Below, in pieces: positions 27,695 through 38,263 of a stretch of DNA of 64,000 nt. Positions within the stretch are counted from its first letter, which is position 1, and each line of letters starts with the position of its first letter. The stretch lies in the NCBI GenBank assembly GCA_041650295.1, contig JBAZLM010000003.1, positions 2,933-66,932 on the forward strand, given 5' to 3'. This DNA comes from Candidatus Omnitrophota bacterium (GTDB taxonomy: Bacteria; Omnitrophota; Gorgyraeia; Gygaellales; Profunditerraquicolaceae). The notes beneath the pieces are model-generated. The model worked only from the letters and a program-made list of their open reading frames with translations, was not told the origin of the DNA and made no database searches. Both the position numbers and the translations under genes were made by a program.

Positions 27695-28912
27695 TTAAAT
27701 CTCATTATCCTTGGCCACTTGCGCTAATCTCTTAGCGCTGTCTCTAATTGTCCGTTTTTGATTTTGATAATCTATATGCACTAAGCCAAAACGAGGAGCA
27801 AAGCCTTGTGCCCACTCAAAATTATCAATCAGCGACCAATAAATATAACCCAATACATTGACTCCTTGATCCATCGCCATACCCATCTGCTCTAAATGCT
27901 CATAGATATAATCCCATCTTAGACTATCATCTTCCGTACAGATTCCATTTTCAGTAATCATAATTGGTAAATTATATTTTTTAAGCGCCATTAATAATTT
28001 ATACAAACCTTGCGGATAAATATCCCAGCCTAAAGAATTTTTTCGCAATGGAAGATGGTTGTAGCTGCAAGTATCTAACAATAAACTTCTAATCTTGAAA
28101 CTACGTACGTCGGCTAAATTCCTACCGTAATAATTAATCCCGATATAATCTAAGGTTTTGCGACGCAGGAGCGCTTCAATAAAACAAAGATTGTATAATT
28201 TATGACGCAGATACAAAGCAATTTTATTTTTTAAAGTAGGAAAGCAAATCTCAAACGCCTGCAAATTGGCGGAGATACTTACCATTGGTTGAAGCAAAGA
28301 TCTTTCTTGATAAATTTTATGAATCAGCCGATAGGCTTTAACATGGGCTCTGGCCATGTTAATGGTCACCTGGGCTGTCTGAATTAAAGAATTTTTTTTA
28401 GGAGGCCAAACCCCTAAAAGATAAGCGTGTGAAGAATAAATGAGTGGCTCATTAATCGTAATCCAAAATTTTACTAGCCCAGAGAACTCCCTAACTACTT
28501 TATCTACAAAACGCAAAAAATATTTTTGTAGTTTAGCTTTAGTCCAACCACCTTTTTGACTAAACCAAACCGGATTAGTAAAATGATGCAAAGTAACTAC
28601 AGGTTCTAAGCCTTGACGTTTTAACTCTAAAAGTACTTTACGGTAATGCTCAATCTCAACGGTATTAAATTTACCCTCCACTGGCTCAATGCGACTCCAC
28701 TCTATAGAAAAACGGTGACAATTATGGTTAAGCTCTTTAGCAATAGCAAAATCTTGTGGATACAGTTCATAGTGACAACAAGCATCACCAGAGGCTTCTT
28801 TTAAAGCACCACTTTGTTCAGCTAGCCACCAATCATTATAAATATTTTGACCTTCGACTTGATGAGAGCTAGTAGCTGCTCCCCATAAAAAATTACGCGG
28901 AAATTTCTTCAT
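27695..28912 (-). CDS. GH1 beta-glucosidase
   Basis: ITINEP and ITENG catalytic motifs. 405 aa. Confidence 0.85.
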   Translation of the reverse strand: MKKFPRNFLWGAATSSHQVEGQNIYNDWWLAEQSGALKEASGDACCHYELYPQDFAIAKELNHNCHRFSIEWSRIEPVEGKFNTVEIEHYRKVLLELKRQGLEPVVTLHHFTNPVWFSQKGGWTKAKLQKYFLRFVDKVVREFSGLVKFWITINEPLIYSSHAYLLGVWPPKKNSLIQTAQVTINMARAHVKAYRLIHKIYQERSLLQPMVSISANLQAFEICFPTLKNKIALYLRHKLYNLCFIEALLRRKTLDYIGINYYGRNLADVRSFKIRSLLLDTCSYNHLPLRKNSLGWDIYPQGLYKLLMALKKYNLPIMITENGICTEDDSLRWDYIYEHLEQMGMAMDQGVNVLGYIYWSLIDNFEWAQGFAPRFGLVHIDYQNQKRTIRDSAKRLAQVAKDNEI

Positions 28913-28997
28913 ATACGCTCATTATAGCACTACAAAAAAGAAAATCCCAATATAAAAATATTGGGATCTTCTTTTAAAACAAATTAAAACTATTTAT

Positions 28998-29441
28998 TTA
29001 CCTTTTAGCAGGTTCAGTTACCCCGCTAAGATACTTACTTAGCACTTCCCAGGTCTTAGGACCAACTTTACCATCTGCCTTTAAACCATTGGCAGCTTGA
29101 AAATCTACAATCGCTTTTTTACTCTTTGGTCCGATCTTTCCATCGATACTACCAGCATAGAAACCGGCGTTCTTTAAAGCAGTTTGTATCTCCATTCCTG
29201 CAGGTTTATAGGGACCTTGCGGAGGAACGGGTACCACTTCTTTAGTGGAAACTACCGTCGGTACAGCTAAAGCTTTAACATCTTGTGCTTTTAAATCTGT
29301 TGCCATTACTACTGGCGTACTAGGAGTGCTTAAAGATTCCATCGTAATCGGCTGTAACTCTTCTACTTCTTGTTTCTTACCACAACCAGATAATCCTGCT
29401 AATACTACCACTGCCACTACTAAACTTAACCATTTCTTCAT
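28998..29441 (-). CDS. Lipoprotein with C-terminal peptidoglycan-binding domain (PGBD)
   Basis: LSGCG lipobox and GFYAGSIDGKIGPKSKKAIVDFQAANGLKADGKVGPKTW. Confidence 0.6.
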   Translation of the reverse strand: MKKWLSLVVAVVVLAGLSGCGKKQEVEELQPITMESLSTPSTPVVMATDLKAQDVKALAVPTVVSTKEVVPVPPQGPYKPAGMEIQTALKNAGFYAGSIDGKIGPKSKKAIVDFQAANGLKADGKVGPKTWEVLSKYLSGVTEPAKR

Positions 29442-29556
29442 TCCTATCTCCTCTCTAATTTATAATTATGACATTAAACTAATTAAAATAAAAACACATT
29501 GCAACTGATTAACCTTGATTTTAGCAAAATTTAAAGATTATGCAAATAAAATCTCT

Positions 29557-30750
29557 TTAGAGATCTTTTAAGCCAGGAAATATAAAATTAATTAAAGTAA
29601 ACATCGCCAAACAAATTAATCCACAAAAAGAAAGGGCAGCTGAAACCCCAAATGATTGCGCCATACTTCCAGAGATTAAATTTCCAAAAGGCATAATTCC
29701 GGCAAAAGTAATCATAAAAAGACTCATTACTCTTCCACGAAATTCATCCGGTACATTAATTTGTAATAATGTATTCACGAGTGCAATCGGAATAACGCTA
29801 GTACAGCCAATCAAAGTTAAAGAAAACATCGACAATAAATAATTTTTAGATAATGAAAAAACAATTAATGAAAATGAAAAGAGAAACGCAGAAGCCACCA
29901 AAAGTCTACCCTTATATTTAAAATCTCCTAATCTAGCTAAAATCAGTGCTCCGATTAATGCTCCAAAACCTGCACTAGACATCAACACTCCTAAGCCCTT
30001 TACTCCAGCATGTAAAACATTACTCACAAAAACCGGCATTAAGATAACATAAGAAATACCAAAAAAACTCATCGCTGCTACCATACTCACTAAAGCTAAA
30101 ATTAAAGGATGGCGACTAATAAAAATTAAACCGTCTTTTAAATCTTTTAAAGCAGAATTATTCTTGCGCACGATCCCATTTTCAAATTTAATATAAAAAA
30201 GGGCAATGATCACCGCGAAAAAACTAAAACCATTCAAATAAAAACAGCCACTCATTCCAATCACCGAAATTAATACACCCGCAATAGCTGGGCCAATAAT
30301 CCGCGAAGAATTAAAAGATACAGAATTTAATGCAATCGCATTAAACAAATGTTTCTTACCCACCAACTCCACCACTATCGACTGCCTAGCCGGAGCATCA
30401 AAAGCCATCACAATTCCATTCAATAAAGCAATTGCCATAATTTGTATAGCCGTAATCAGTTTAAACTGGGTTAAAATCGCCAATAAAAAAGCTAATAACA
30501 TAAAAGAAGCTTGTGTAAAAATTAATATATTTCTTTTATTTATCCGGTCAGCTAAAACCCCGCCAAATAAAGAGAGCACAAACATAGGAATCGAACCCAA
30601 AAAACCCACCACTCCTAAAAGAAATGCTGATTTAGTTAACTCAAAAACTAACCAGCTCTGAGCAACCGTTTGTATCCAGGTACCAATTAAAGACACAAAC
30701 ATACCCAGCCAATAAATACGAAAATATTTTACTTTTAACGAGGAAAACAT
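29557..30750 (-). CDS. MFS transporter
   Basis: 397 aa with a 12-TM pattern. Confidence 0.7.
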   Translation of the reverse strand: MFSSLKVKYFRIYWLGMFVSLIGTWIQTVAQSWLVFELTKSAFLLGVVGFLGSIPMFVLSLFGGVLADRINKRNILIFTQASFMLLAFLLAILTQFKLITAIQIMAIALLNGIVMAFDAPARQSIVVELVGKKHLFNAIALNSVSFNSSRIIGPAIAGVLISVIGMSGCFYLNGFSFFAVIIALFYIKFENGIVRKNNSALKDLKDGLIFISRHPLILALVSMVAAMSFFGISYVILMPVFVSNVLHAGVKGLGVLMSSAGFGALIGALILARLGDFKYKGRLLVASAFLFSFSLIVFSLSKNYLLSMFSLTLIGCTSVIPIALVNTLLQINVPDEFRGRVMSLFMITFAGIMPFGNLISGSMAQSFGVSAALSFCGLICLAMFTLINFIFPGLKDL

Positions 30751-30762
30751 TACTTGAACTTT

Positions 30763-31218
30763 CTATTTAGAAGGGACAGCCAATCTTTGGCGAACCAGAT
30801 CACTAACGGTTTTACCATCCGCTTTACCACCGATAGTCACGGCTAACTCTTTCATTAAACGACCCATGTCCTTCATTCCATTGGCTTGTGTAGCCACTAC
30901 CGCTTCTTCAATTAAACGCTTAATCTCTTCCACGGGCATCTCTGCCGGCAGATAACTTTTAAGAATTTCTGATTCTTTTTTTTCTTTTTCAGCAGCATCT
31001 AGGCGACCACCATTAGTAAATTGTTCAATAGAATCCTGACGTTGTTTAATCTGCTTCTTTATCACCGTAATAATCTCGGCATCATCCAATTTATCTTTTT
31101 TCTTAGTGGTAGCTAAATTAAGCATATCCGCCCGTAAAAAACTTAATACTGAACTTTTTAAAGCATCTCGAGATTTCATCGCTTCTTTATAGTCTTGGAA
31201 AATTTTCTCTACTAACAT
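30763..31218 (-). CDS. yqeY: GatB/YqeY-domain protein
   Basis: 151 aa. KEAMKSRDALKSSVLSFLRA...KQRQDSIEQF. Confidence 0.75.
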   Translation of the reverse strand: MLVEKIFQDYKEAMKSRDALKSSVLSFLRADMLNLATTKKKDKLDDAEIITVIKKQIKQRQDSIEQFTNGGRLDAAEKEKKESEILKSYLPAEMPVEEIKRLIEEAVVATQANGMKDMGRLMKELAVTIGGKADGKTVSDLVRQRLAVPSK

Positions 31219-31220
31219 GT

Positions 31221-31535
31221 TTACTCTCCCCCTTTTTTGTTAGGCTCAATCTTTAATATATATTTAACTAAAAAGAATATCACCAGAGAAATAGTTAAAA
31301 AATCAATAAAAGCAGCAATAATTAAACCAATCTTAAAATTAATCTTCCAAACGTGTAAAACTGCCTCTTGCCATTTATTACCTGGAAGAATAACTTCTAA
31401 AACTGGCATGACTAATCCTTCGACAATCATCGTAATTAATTTAGCCACTGCCTGGCCCATCACGATACCTACCGCTACCCCGACTACCGCATAAGAACGA
31501 ATAAATTTTATAAATTCTTCGCGTACATCTTTCAT
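31221..31535 (-). CDS. mscL: Large-conductance mechanosensitive channel
   Basis: EFIKFIRSYAVVGVAVGIVMGQAVAKLITMIVEGLVMPVL matches the MscL TM1 signature. Confidence 0.75.
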   Translation of the reverse strand: MKDVREEFIKFIRSYAVVGVAVGIVMGQAVAKLITMIVEGLVMPVLEVILPGNKWQEAVLHVWKINFKIGLIIAAFIDFLTISLVIFFLVKYILKIEPNKKGGE

Positions 31536-31562
31536 TTTTCCCTCACTAATTAACCATTTAAA

Positions 31563-32465
31563 TTAAAATAAGAAACAGTCTTTAAATTTAGCCAATCTTT
31601 TTTGCAAATCCATCATGGTAAGTTTACTGGTCCTAAATAATCCAAAGTCCTCAACATTAAAAGATGCCGCTACGGTTCCATAAGCCAGCGCTTTTTTTAT
31701 CGTTAAGGAATTAATCTTACCCGCTTTGACCAGATATCCCATAAAGCCCCCAGCAAAGGTATCCCCTGCACCCGTCGGATCAATTACTTTCTCAACTGGA
31801 AAAGCCGGCAATGAAAAAATAAGCCCGTTAGCGGTATAAAATAAAACCCCGTGCTCGCCTTTTTTAATTAAAACCATTTTAGGGCCAAAAGAAGACAGGC
31901 GCTTAGCAGCCTTAATTAAGTTACTTTCACCGGAAAGATCTTTAGCCTCCTGATCATTAGCCACATAAATATTAATATGTTTAAGTAATTTAATTAATTC
32001 TTTGCGCTTAGTATGAATCCAATAGTTCATACTATCTAAACCCACCAATTTTGGCGAGTGCATTTTACGCAAAAGTTCTTCTTGAATATTCGGATCAACA
32101 TTAGCCAAAAATATATTCTCAATTTTACGCTGCGCCTGCGAGATCTGTGGTTTAAATATGGAAAGCACACCTAACTGTGTATTTAAAGTAAGTGCAGAAT
32201 TTAAATCACCCTTATATTCCCCTTCCCAGCGAAAAGTTTTTCCCTTATCCACAATTAAAGAACTTATATTTAATCCTTTATCCCTTAAAAAAGTAACATG
32301 CTTTTTAGGAAAATCACTGCCCACAATCGCCGTTAAATTTACTTTAGTAAAAAGGCGAGCCGCCATCGAAAAATGTGCCGCTGATCCACCCAGCAATTCT
32401 TTGTGCTGACCAAAAGGGGTCTTCACACTATCTAATGCCACGGTACCTAAAACAATTATACTCAA
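31563..32465 (-). CDS. PfkB/ribokinase-family carbohydrate kinase
   Basis: DPTGAGDTFAGGF, the PfkB signature 2. Confidence 0.7.
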   Translation of the reverse strand: MSIIVLGTVALDSVKTPFGQHKELLGGSAAHFSMAARLFTKVNLTAIVGSDFPKKHVTFLRDKGLNISSLIVDKGKTFRWEGEYKGDLNSALTLNTQLGVLSIFKPQISQAQRKIENIFLANVDPNIQEELLRKMHSPKLVGLDSMNYWIHTKRKELIKLLKHINIYVANDQEAKDLSGESNLIKAAKRLSSFGPKMVLIKKGEHGVLFYTANGLIFSLPAFPVEKVIDPTGAGDTFAGGFMGYLVKAGKINSLTIKKALAYGTVAASFNVEDFGLFRTSKLTMMDLQKRLAKFKDCFLF

Positions 32466-32467
32466 CT

Positions 32468-32944
32468 TTAATTCCTCCTAATTTTGCGATTCTGCAAATA
32501 TTTCTGAAAAAAATAAATTAACCATACCGAGCCTAAAGAAATCAAAATACTGGCCAAAACGTCAATTACATGGTGCACGCCGACGTAAATTCTAGAAAAG
32601 CCGACCCATGCAGCTAAAACCAAAAACACAAAACCCCAGCCTCGACTAAAAGCAAAAACTATTCCCGCAATTGCAAAAGCTAATAAGGTATGGTGCGAAG
32701 GAAAACCATTATCCGCAACATGATGAATCAGTGGCACAAAATTTCCCACTACAAAAGGACGCGGATTATAATAAAGATGCCCGGCAAGCTTAGCTACAAT
32801 AATCACTAATGGCAAACAGAAAACAGCAAAAATTAAAATGTCTTTTTTCTTTAAATTATTTTGTAATAAAAACCAGATTAAAGCAAACCCCTGCATAAAT
32901 TTAATTAAATATTTTGCCCCAAAGATAAAAATTGTATCAATCAT
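32468..32944 (-). CDS. PAP2-family phosphatase (undecaprenyl-diphosphatase-like)
   Basis: PSHHT and SRIYVGVHHVIDV motifs. Membrane protein. Confidence 0.65.
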   Translation of the reverse strand: MIDTIFIFGAKYLIKFMQGFALIWFLLQNNLKKKDILIFAVFCLPLVIIVAKLAGHLYYNPRPFVVGNFVPLIHHVADNGFPSHHTLLAFAIAGIVFAFSRGWGFVFLVLAAWVGFSRIYVGVHHVIDVLASILISLGSVWLIYFFQKYLQNRKIRRN

Positions 32945-32945
32945 A

Positions 32946-33572
32946 TTATTGATGCTCCTCTAAAAACTTTTGTAAATCTTTAGCTAAAGGTGCTTCTATA
33001 GTCACTAGTTTTGCCGTTTGTGGATGCTCAAACTCTAAATGTTGAGCATGTAAACAAACTCTTTTGGCCCGCAAAGCAAAATCTTTACGAAAAACAAATT
33101 TATCTTCCCCAACCAGAGGATGACCAATTCCTTTAAAATGAATACGAATCTGATTAGTTCTACCAGTAACCGGAGAGATCTCTACTACACAATAATTACT
33201 TTTTTGTTCTATAATTTTATATTTTGTAATCGCACTCTTACCTTCAATCGCTACGCTAATCGTTCCTTGAGCATGCGCTAATTTTCCGTGCACAAAAGCA
33301 AAATACTTTTTACTAACCTGGCGATTTCTAAAAGCATCCGCCATTTTAGCTTCTATGGCTTTAGATTTAGCATAAATAACTAACCCGGAAGTATCGCGAT
33401 CCAACCGATGACAAGGATAAAGCTGATAAACTAACCCTCTGTCTTTAGCGTCTTGATTTAAAATACTGGTTAACGTGCGCGATTCATTTTTTGGCGTCGG
33501 TACGCATAACAAGCCCGCCGGCTTGTCTACAATCAAAAGATAATCATCTTCAAAAACAATCGGAATATTCAC
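32946..33572 (-). CDS. RluA-family pseudouridine synthase. The GTG start lies inside a repeat element
   Basis: HRLDRDTSGLVIYAK catalytic motif. 208 aa. Confidence 0.75.
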   Translation of the reverse strand: MNIPIVFEDDYLLIVDKPAGLLCVPTPKNESRTLTSILNQDAKDRGLVYQLYPCHRLDRDTSGLVIYAKSKAIEAKMADAFRNRQVSKKYFAFVHGKLAHAQGTISVAIEGKSAITKYKIIEQKSNYCVVEISPVTGRTNQIRIHFKGIGHPLVGEDKFVFRKDFALRAKRVCLHAQHLEFEHPQTAKLVTIEAPLAKDLQKFLEEHQ

Positions 33573-33643
33573 CCAGCACCTTCTCTTTATTCATCTAACC
33601 CTACATCTTCTATATTTAAATATCAAGAAAGTGCGGGGTTCAT
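33570..33643 (-). repeat. Family-1 palindromic start-codon element (copy 4)
   Basis: ATGAACCCCGCACTTTCTTGA...GAGAAGGTGCTGGGTG. The uORF ATG overlaps the nadA TAA (TAATG). Confidence 0.55.
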
Positions 33644-34569
33644 TAAATAATCTTTAACATCCGTTCAATCGCTAGTTTTGCCTTTAGGCGAATTTCATCG
33701 CTCACCTTCACTTCATCCTTAAGCTCTTCTATGGCCCAAAGTACTTTTTCTTGCGTCGTACGTTTCATATTTGGACAAACTGCCCGTTCGCTAGCTAAAT
33801 AAAATTCTTTTTCCGGATTATCCTGTTTTAACCGATAGACTAATCCTGCCTCTGTACCTACAATAAATTCTTTGGCCGGATTTTCTTTAGCATATTTGGC
33901 CATTAAGCTAGTAGATAAAACAACATCGGCTAAAGCCAATACTGCTGCTGGAGATTCCGGATGAACCATTACTTTAGCCTGGGGATGAAATTTTTTTTCT
34001 TTTTTTAAATCTTCTGGCAAAATTTTAACGTGAGTCGGACAAAACCCATTCCAAGAAATTAATTTTCTTCCAGTTTTTTTAGAAACATAGTCAGTGAGAT
34101 GCTTATCCGGAACAAAAATTATCTCTTTTTTATCCGCTAAGGCATTCACTACTGCCACCGCATTAGTCGAAGTACAACAATAATCTAGTTCTGCTTTAAC
34201 TTCTGCCGAAGTATTCACATAGCCCACAGTAACTGCCTGCGGATGTTGGCTTTTAAGTTTTCTTAAATCATTAGCCGTCATCATATTGGCCATGGGACAG
34301 CCGGCTAAAATATCCGGCATAATTACCATTTTATCTGGAGACAAAATCGAAGCGGTCTCAGCCATAAAATAAACTCCACAAAAAACAATTACCTTGGCAT
34401 CGGTTTTTGCTGCTGCCCGCGATAGCTCCAAAGAATCGCCTCGAAAATCGGCAATATCTTGAACTTCAGGTAATTGATAATTATGCGCTAAGATCACCGC
34501 GTTGCGTTTTTTCTTTAACTCTTTAATCTTAGCAACTAACGCTTTATCTTCCTTAATCATTTTAATCAA
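33643..34569 (-). CDS. nadA: Quinolinate synthase A
   Basis: 308 aa. VGTEAGLVYRL and CPNMKRTT motifs. Confidence 0.85.
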   Translation of the reverse strand: MIKMIKEDKALVAKIKELKKKRNAVILAHNYQLPEVQDIADFRGDSLELSRAAAKTDAKVIVFCGVYFMAETASILSPDKMVIMPDILAGCPMANMMTANDLRKLKSQHPQAVTVGYVNTSAEVKAELDYCCTSTNAVAVVNALADKKEIIFVPDKHLTDYVSKKTGRKLISWNGFCPTHVKILPEDLKKEKKFHPQAKVMVHPESPAAVLALADVVLSTSLMAKYAKENPAKEFIVGTEAGLVYRLKQDNPEKEFYLASERAVCPNMKRTTQEKVLWAIEELKDEVKVSDEIRLKAKLAIERMLKII

Positions 34570-35632
34570 TAACCTTTTGGATTATCCCTCCACCTAAAAC
34601 AATATCTTTATCGTAGAAAACTGCTGATTGACCCGGAGTTATTGCAAACTGCGGCGTTTTAAAAATTACCTTAAAACCTTTTTTATCCAAAGAGACAATC
34701 GCCGGCATTTCTTTATGATTATAACGTATCCTTACCTTTATCTCAATCTTCTTTTTAAAAGGTTTGCCTAAAAAATGTCTTTCTTTTATAATAAAACCTT
34801 TTTTATAAACATCTTTTCTTTTGCCCACTACAATCTGATTATTTTTTACATCCATCTGACTAACGTATAATGGATAGGCTTTGGCTACCCCTATCCCGTG
34901 GCGCTGACCAATTGTATAAAAGGGCATTCCTTTATGTTCCCCCAGAAGATTACCCTGTTTATCAACAATTTGACCCGGTTTAACCTTTTTTAAATCTCTA
35001 GATTTAATTAAATCACCGGGTTTACCGTCTGGCAGAAAACAAATCTCCTGGCTATCTTTTTTTTCAGCCACATTTAATCCAAAATCCTTAGCCATCTCCC
35101 TAATTCTTAATTTCGTAAAATTCCCTAAAGGGAAAATTATTTTCTTTAGCTGCGTTTGATTTAAACGATATAGAAAATAAGACTGATCTTTTTTAAGATC
35201 TTTGGCTTTTTTAAGAAAATATCCCTGTTTAGATTCTACAATTTTAGCGTAATGACCGGTAGCTAAAAATTGCGCACCTAAGTTAAGAGATTTTTTAAGT
35301 AAGATTCCGAATTTTATAAATTGATTACAACGTACACAAGGATTGGGAGTGCGACCGTTTAGATACTCTTGATAAAAATCTTCAATCACATCACGCTTAA
35401 AATCTTTATCTAAATTTATTACATAATGCCTAATTCCTAATTTCTGACAAACCCGGCGCGCATCCTCAATTCCGGTTAAGCCACAACAGCTAGGTCTCCT
35501 ACCGTCTTTCTCTGCCAAATTAAAGCACATGGTCAGACCGATTACCTCATGGCCCTGCTTCTTTAACAAAGCTGCGGCTACCGAAGAATCCACTCCACCA
35601 CTCATGGCTACGGCAACAAATTTTTTCATCAT
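34562..35632 (-). CDS. mnmA: tRNA-specific 2-thiouridylase
   Basis: VAVAMSGGVDSSVAA PP-loop and C-terminal MnmA domains. Confidence 0.85.
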   Translation of the reverse strand: MMKKFVAVAMSGGVDSSVAAALLKKQGHEVIGLTMCFNLAEKDGRRPSCCGLTGIEDARRVCQKLGIRHYVINLDKDFKRDVIEDFYQEYLNGRTPNPCVRCNQFIKFGILLKKSLNLGAQFLATGHYAKIVESKQGYFLKKAKDLKKDQSYFLYRLNQTQLKKIIFPLGNFTKLRIREMAKDFGLNVAEKKDSQEICFLPDGKPGDLIKSRDLKKVKPGQIVDKQGNLLGEHKGMPFYTIGQRHGIGVAKAYPLYVSQMDVKNNQIVVGKRKDVYKKGFIIKERHFLGKPFKKKIEIKVRIRYNHKEMPAIVSLDKKGFKVIFKTPQFAITPGQSAVFYDKDIVLGGGIIQKVID

Positions 35633-35655
35633 ACTCCATTATAACGTAATTTTAA

Positions 35656-35690
35656 CAAAAAGGGCCCAGCATTTTATTGCCGGGCCCTTT
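35656..35690 (-). terminator. Intrinsic terminator after csp paralog 2
   Basis: AAAAAGGGCCC-N14-GGGCCCTTTT. Confidence 0.55.
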
Positions 35691-35708
35691 TCTTGATTCC
35701 TGTAGAGG

Positions 35709-35909
35709 TTATAACTTCACTACTTTAGTAGCTTGTTCACCTTTAGGACCTTTTTCAATTTCAAACTCAACTTCTTGGCCCTCCTCTAAAGTTTTATAGC
35801 CTTCACCCTGAATCGCAGTGTGATGTACGAATACATCTGCACCATTCTCAGGAGTAATAAAACCATAACCCTTTTGATTGGAAAACCACTTTACTTTACC
35901 TTTTGCCAT
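35709..35909 (-). CDS. Cold-shock protein (second Csp paralog)
   Basis: [30 protein letters not shown]. Confidence 0.9.
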   Translation of the reverse strand: MAKGKVKWFSNQKGYGFITPENGADVFVHHTAIQGEGYKTLEEGQEVEFEIEKGPKGEQATKVVKL

Positions 35910-36059
35910 TTTCTCTGCTTCCTCCTTTCCACTGATATTATAACAAGCAAGAAAATAAAAAACCGTAAGGTGTGTTATTCTTTCCCCTTACGGTAAAAAA
36001 GACTTCTACTCCCTCGCTCACTACATTGTTAATTTTATAATATTTCTTTCTTTTGTCAA

Positions 36060-36347
36060 CTATATTTTATCTATAACTTTAAGATTATAATATCCCAACA
36101 CCTTAACTTTAGCGCTAGATTTACCTACTAACCAATCATGATATTTACGCATAAAACGATCATGATTAAGCTTTTTGTCCCACTGATAAACTGAGGCATA
36201 TTGATTCTTATAACCATAACGCTGCATCGTAAAATACGCCTTAAAACCTTTGGCTTTTTTCGTATAGCTAGCCCACATTAAGCTATCTTTGCGATACTTT
36301 GCTACTTCTTTTGGCTTGATTTCAAATAAAACGGTATGTATAAACAT
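36060..36347 (-). CDS. ABM-domain (ferredoxin-like alpha+beta barrel) protein, putative
   Basis: 95 aa. Size and pattern fit an ABM/Dabb-type monooxygenase-like fold. Confidence 0.3.
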   Translation of the reverse strand: MFIHTVLFEIKPKEVAKYRKDSLMWASYTKKAKGFKAYFTMQRYGYKNQYASVYQWDKKLNHDRFMRKYHDWLVGKSSAKVKVLGYYNLKVIDKI

Positions 36348-36413
36348 AGGTCCTTTCTTTTATGTCGCAGGTTAAGCCATTATATCTTATTAACTAGCAA
36401 AGATAAATACTTT

Positions 36414-38204
36414 CTACCATTCTAATCTAAAACCCGCCTCATAATATCTACCAGGCTGAGGGATACCGGCGATATCCTGATATCCTACATTTAAAAGATT
36501 GGTAGAATTTAAAAACAACTTAGAATTTTTATTTAAATTATAATTTAGTCCCACATTCATAAGTAACCATCCATCTCGAGATGGACGCTTCTTATAAGTA
36601 AAATCGATTACCTGCTTTCCGAATGGAAAATTAAAACTAAACACTGTACTCACTAAATGCTTAGCATAATTAGTCCCATACTTATATTGATACCCCTGAT
36701 TATCGATGCTTTTATCCGTATAAATATAATTAGCATCTAAACTAAGTAGTGAATTAATTTCTTTTTTTAAAGCACATTCAAAACCAAAAACATTATCCCG
36801 CGTAAAATTACGTGCCTGCCAAAGCTGCGTGGGATCAGATCTCACCCAATCAATCATCCCTTGCTCTTGCCGTAAAAATAAAACTAAATTTGAAGAAAAT
36901 CCCTCCTGCTTATACTCGATCCCCGCTTGATAATTCCAAGTTTTTTCCACGGTTAAATCAGAATTTCCTACCGTAGTTGAATCACTATAATAAAGTTCCG
37001 TAAAAGATGGTAGACGTAAATTTCTAGAGATCCCAAAGTTTAATGCCGTCTGATCGGTAAATTTATATTTAGCACTCACTGAGCCGGTGCCAACATTATT
37101 ATAATTTGAAAAATCGTCCCAGCGAAAAGAAAACCCAAGATCCCATTTTGGACCAAACTGCAAGCTATCATCTAAATAGATAGCCTGATGATCGCGCACA
37201 TGGTTACCTAAATTAGTTGAGGTAATCCTCTCCTGACCATACTCCAAGCCCATCCCTACTTTACCTAATAACCCCGCCTGTTTCTGAAAATAAATACTTG
37301 GGGTAAACATATCATTACGATGACTATTGAAACTATCTACTGTTTCTTTAAGTTGAAATTTATCATAATGACGGCGCCAAATAAAATTTGGCTTAATCAA
37401 TAAACCATCGCTATTTAAAGATAAACCACTATTGACTAAGTATGTTTTCGTCCATTCCCTAGAGTCAAAACCCATATTCGGGGTATAAAAATCATACGCC
37501 CCAAAAGATTTCTCCTGATAGCCGAAATTATTCTCCCAAACTCCTCCATTAGGCAGATCCAAATATGCACCCAAGAAAGTGGTAAATTTTTTAAAATCCG
37601 TATCATCAACAAATCCATGCGACTGCGCATCTTCTACAGAAAACCTTAAACCCAAATTATTCAACTTATCGCTGATACTAAATAACCCGTAACCATTACG
37701 ATTATTTCCGGCGGCAAACTCCCAAGCTATCTTTCTTGCTTGCGGCGCCACTAGGGCAAAATTAATTGCCCCACCAATGGCATCAGCACCAAACAAAGAA
37801 GAACTGGCTCCAGGAATCACTTCAATTTTTTTAATATCTTCTTTGGTAAAATGTATATAGGAATTAAAATGACCGGTTTGCGGGTCATTTATTCTTTGAT
37901 CATTAAGCAGAATTAAAACTTGCTGGAAGGTTGAGCCACGCAAAGAAAAATCGGTTTGAATACCACTGCGTAACGACCGCGTTTGCAAATCTACCGGCAG
38001 ATCACTAAGATTTTCCACGCTAGATTGATAATTAAATGCACTATCTTGGGAAGAATCCGTAGAAAAACTATTCTGGAGGAATTGTTTTTGCTTAGTAATA
38101 ACTAATTTCTCTAAATCTTGAGAGTCTTGGGCAAAGGAAAGAGTGGTTACGGCAAAAATCAACGCAAAAACAATAAAAAAACCGCATCTCTTTATATTCT
38201 GCAT
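36414..38204 (-). CDS. TonB-dependent outer-membrane receptor (small, about 600 aa)
   Basis: Signal peptide, plug-domain motif VIPGASSSLFGADAIGGAINF, and C-terminal beta-barrel ending in aromatic W. Confidence 0.65.
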   Translation of the reverse strand: MQNIKRCGFFIVFALIFAVTTLSFAQDSQDLEKLVITKQKQFLQNSFSTDSSQDSAFNYQSSVENLSDLPVDLQTRSLRSGIQTDFSLRGSTFQQVLILLNDQRINDPQTGHFNSYIHFTKEDIKKIEVIPGASSSLFGADAIGGAINFALVAPQARKIAWEFAAGNNRNGYGLFSISDKLNNLGLRFSVEDAQSHGFVDDTDFKKFTTFLGAYLDLPNGGVWENNFGYQEKSFGAYDFYTPNMGFDSREWTKTYLVNSGLSLNSDGLLIKPNFIWRRHYDKFQLKETVDSFNSHRNDMFTPSIYFQKQAGLLGKVGMGLEYGQERITSTNLGNHVRDHQAIYLDDSLQFGPKWDLGFSFRWDDFSNYNNVGTGSVSAKYKFTDQTALNFGISRNLRLPSFTELYYSDSTTVGNSDLTVEKTWNYQAGIEYKQEGFSSNLVLFLRQEQGMIDWVRSDPTQLWQARNFTRDNVFGFECALKKEINSLLSLDANYIYTDKSIDNQGYQYKYGTNYAKHLVSTVFSFNFPFGKQVIDFTYKKRPSRDGWLLMNVGLNYNLNKNSKLFLNSTNLLNVGYQDIAGIPQPGRYYEAGFRLEW

Positions 38205-38263
38205 AAAACAATTATAAAGAGCGCAGCCTAACTGTCAACTAATAATTTATTTAAGGTTTACAT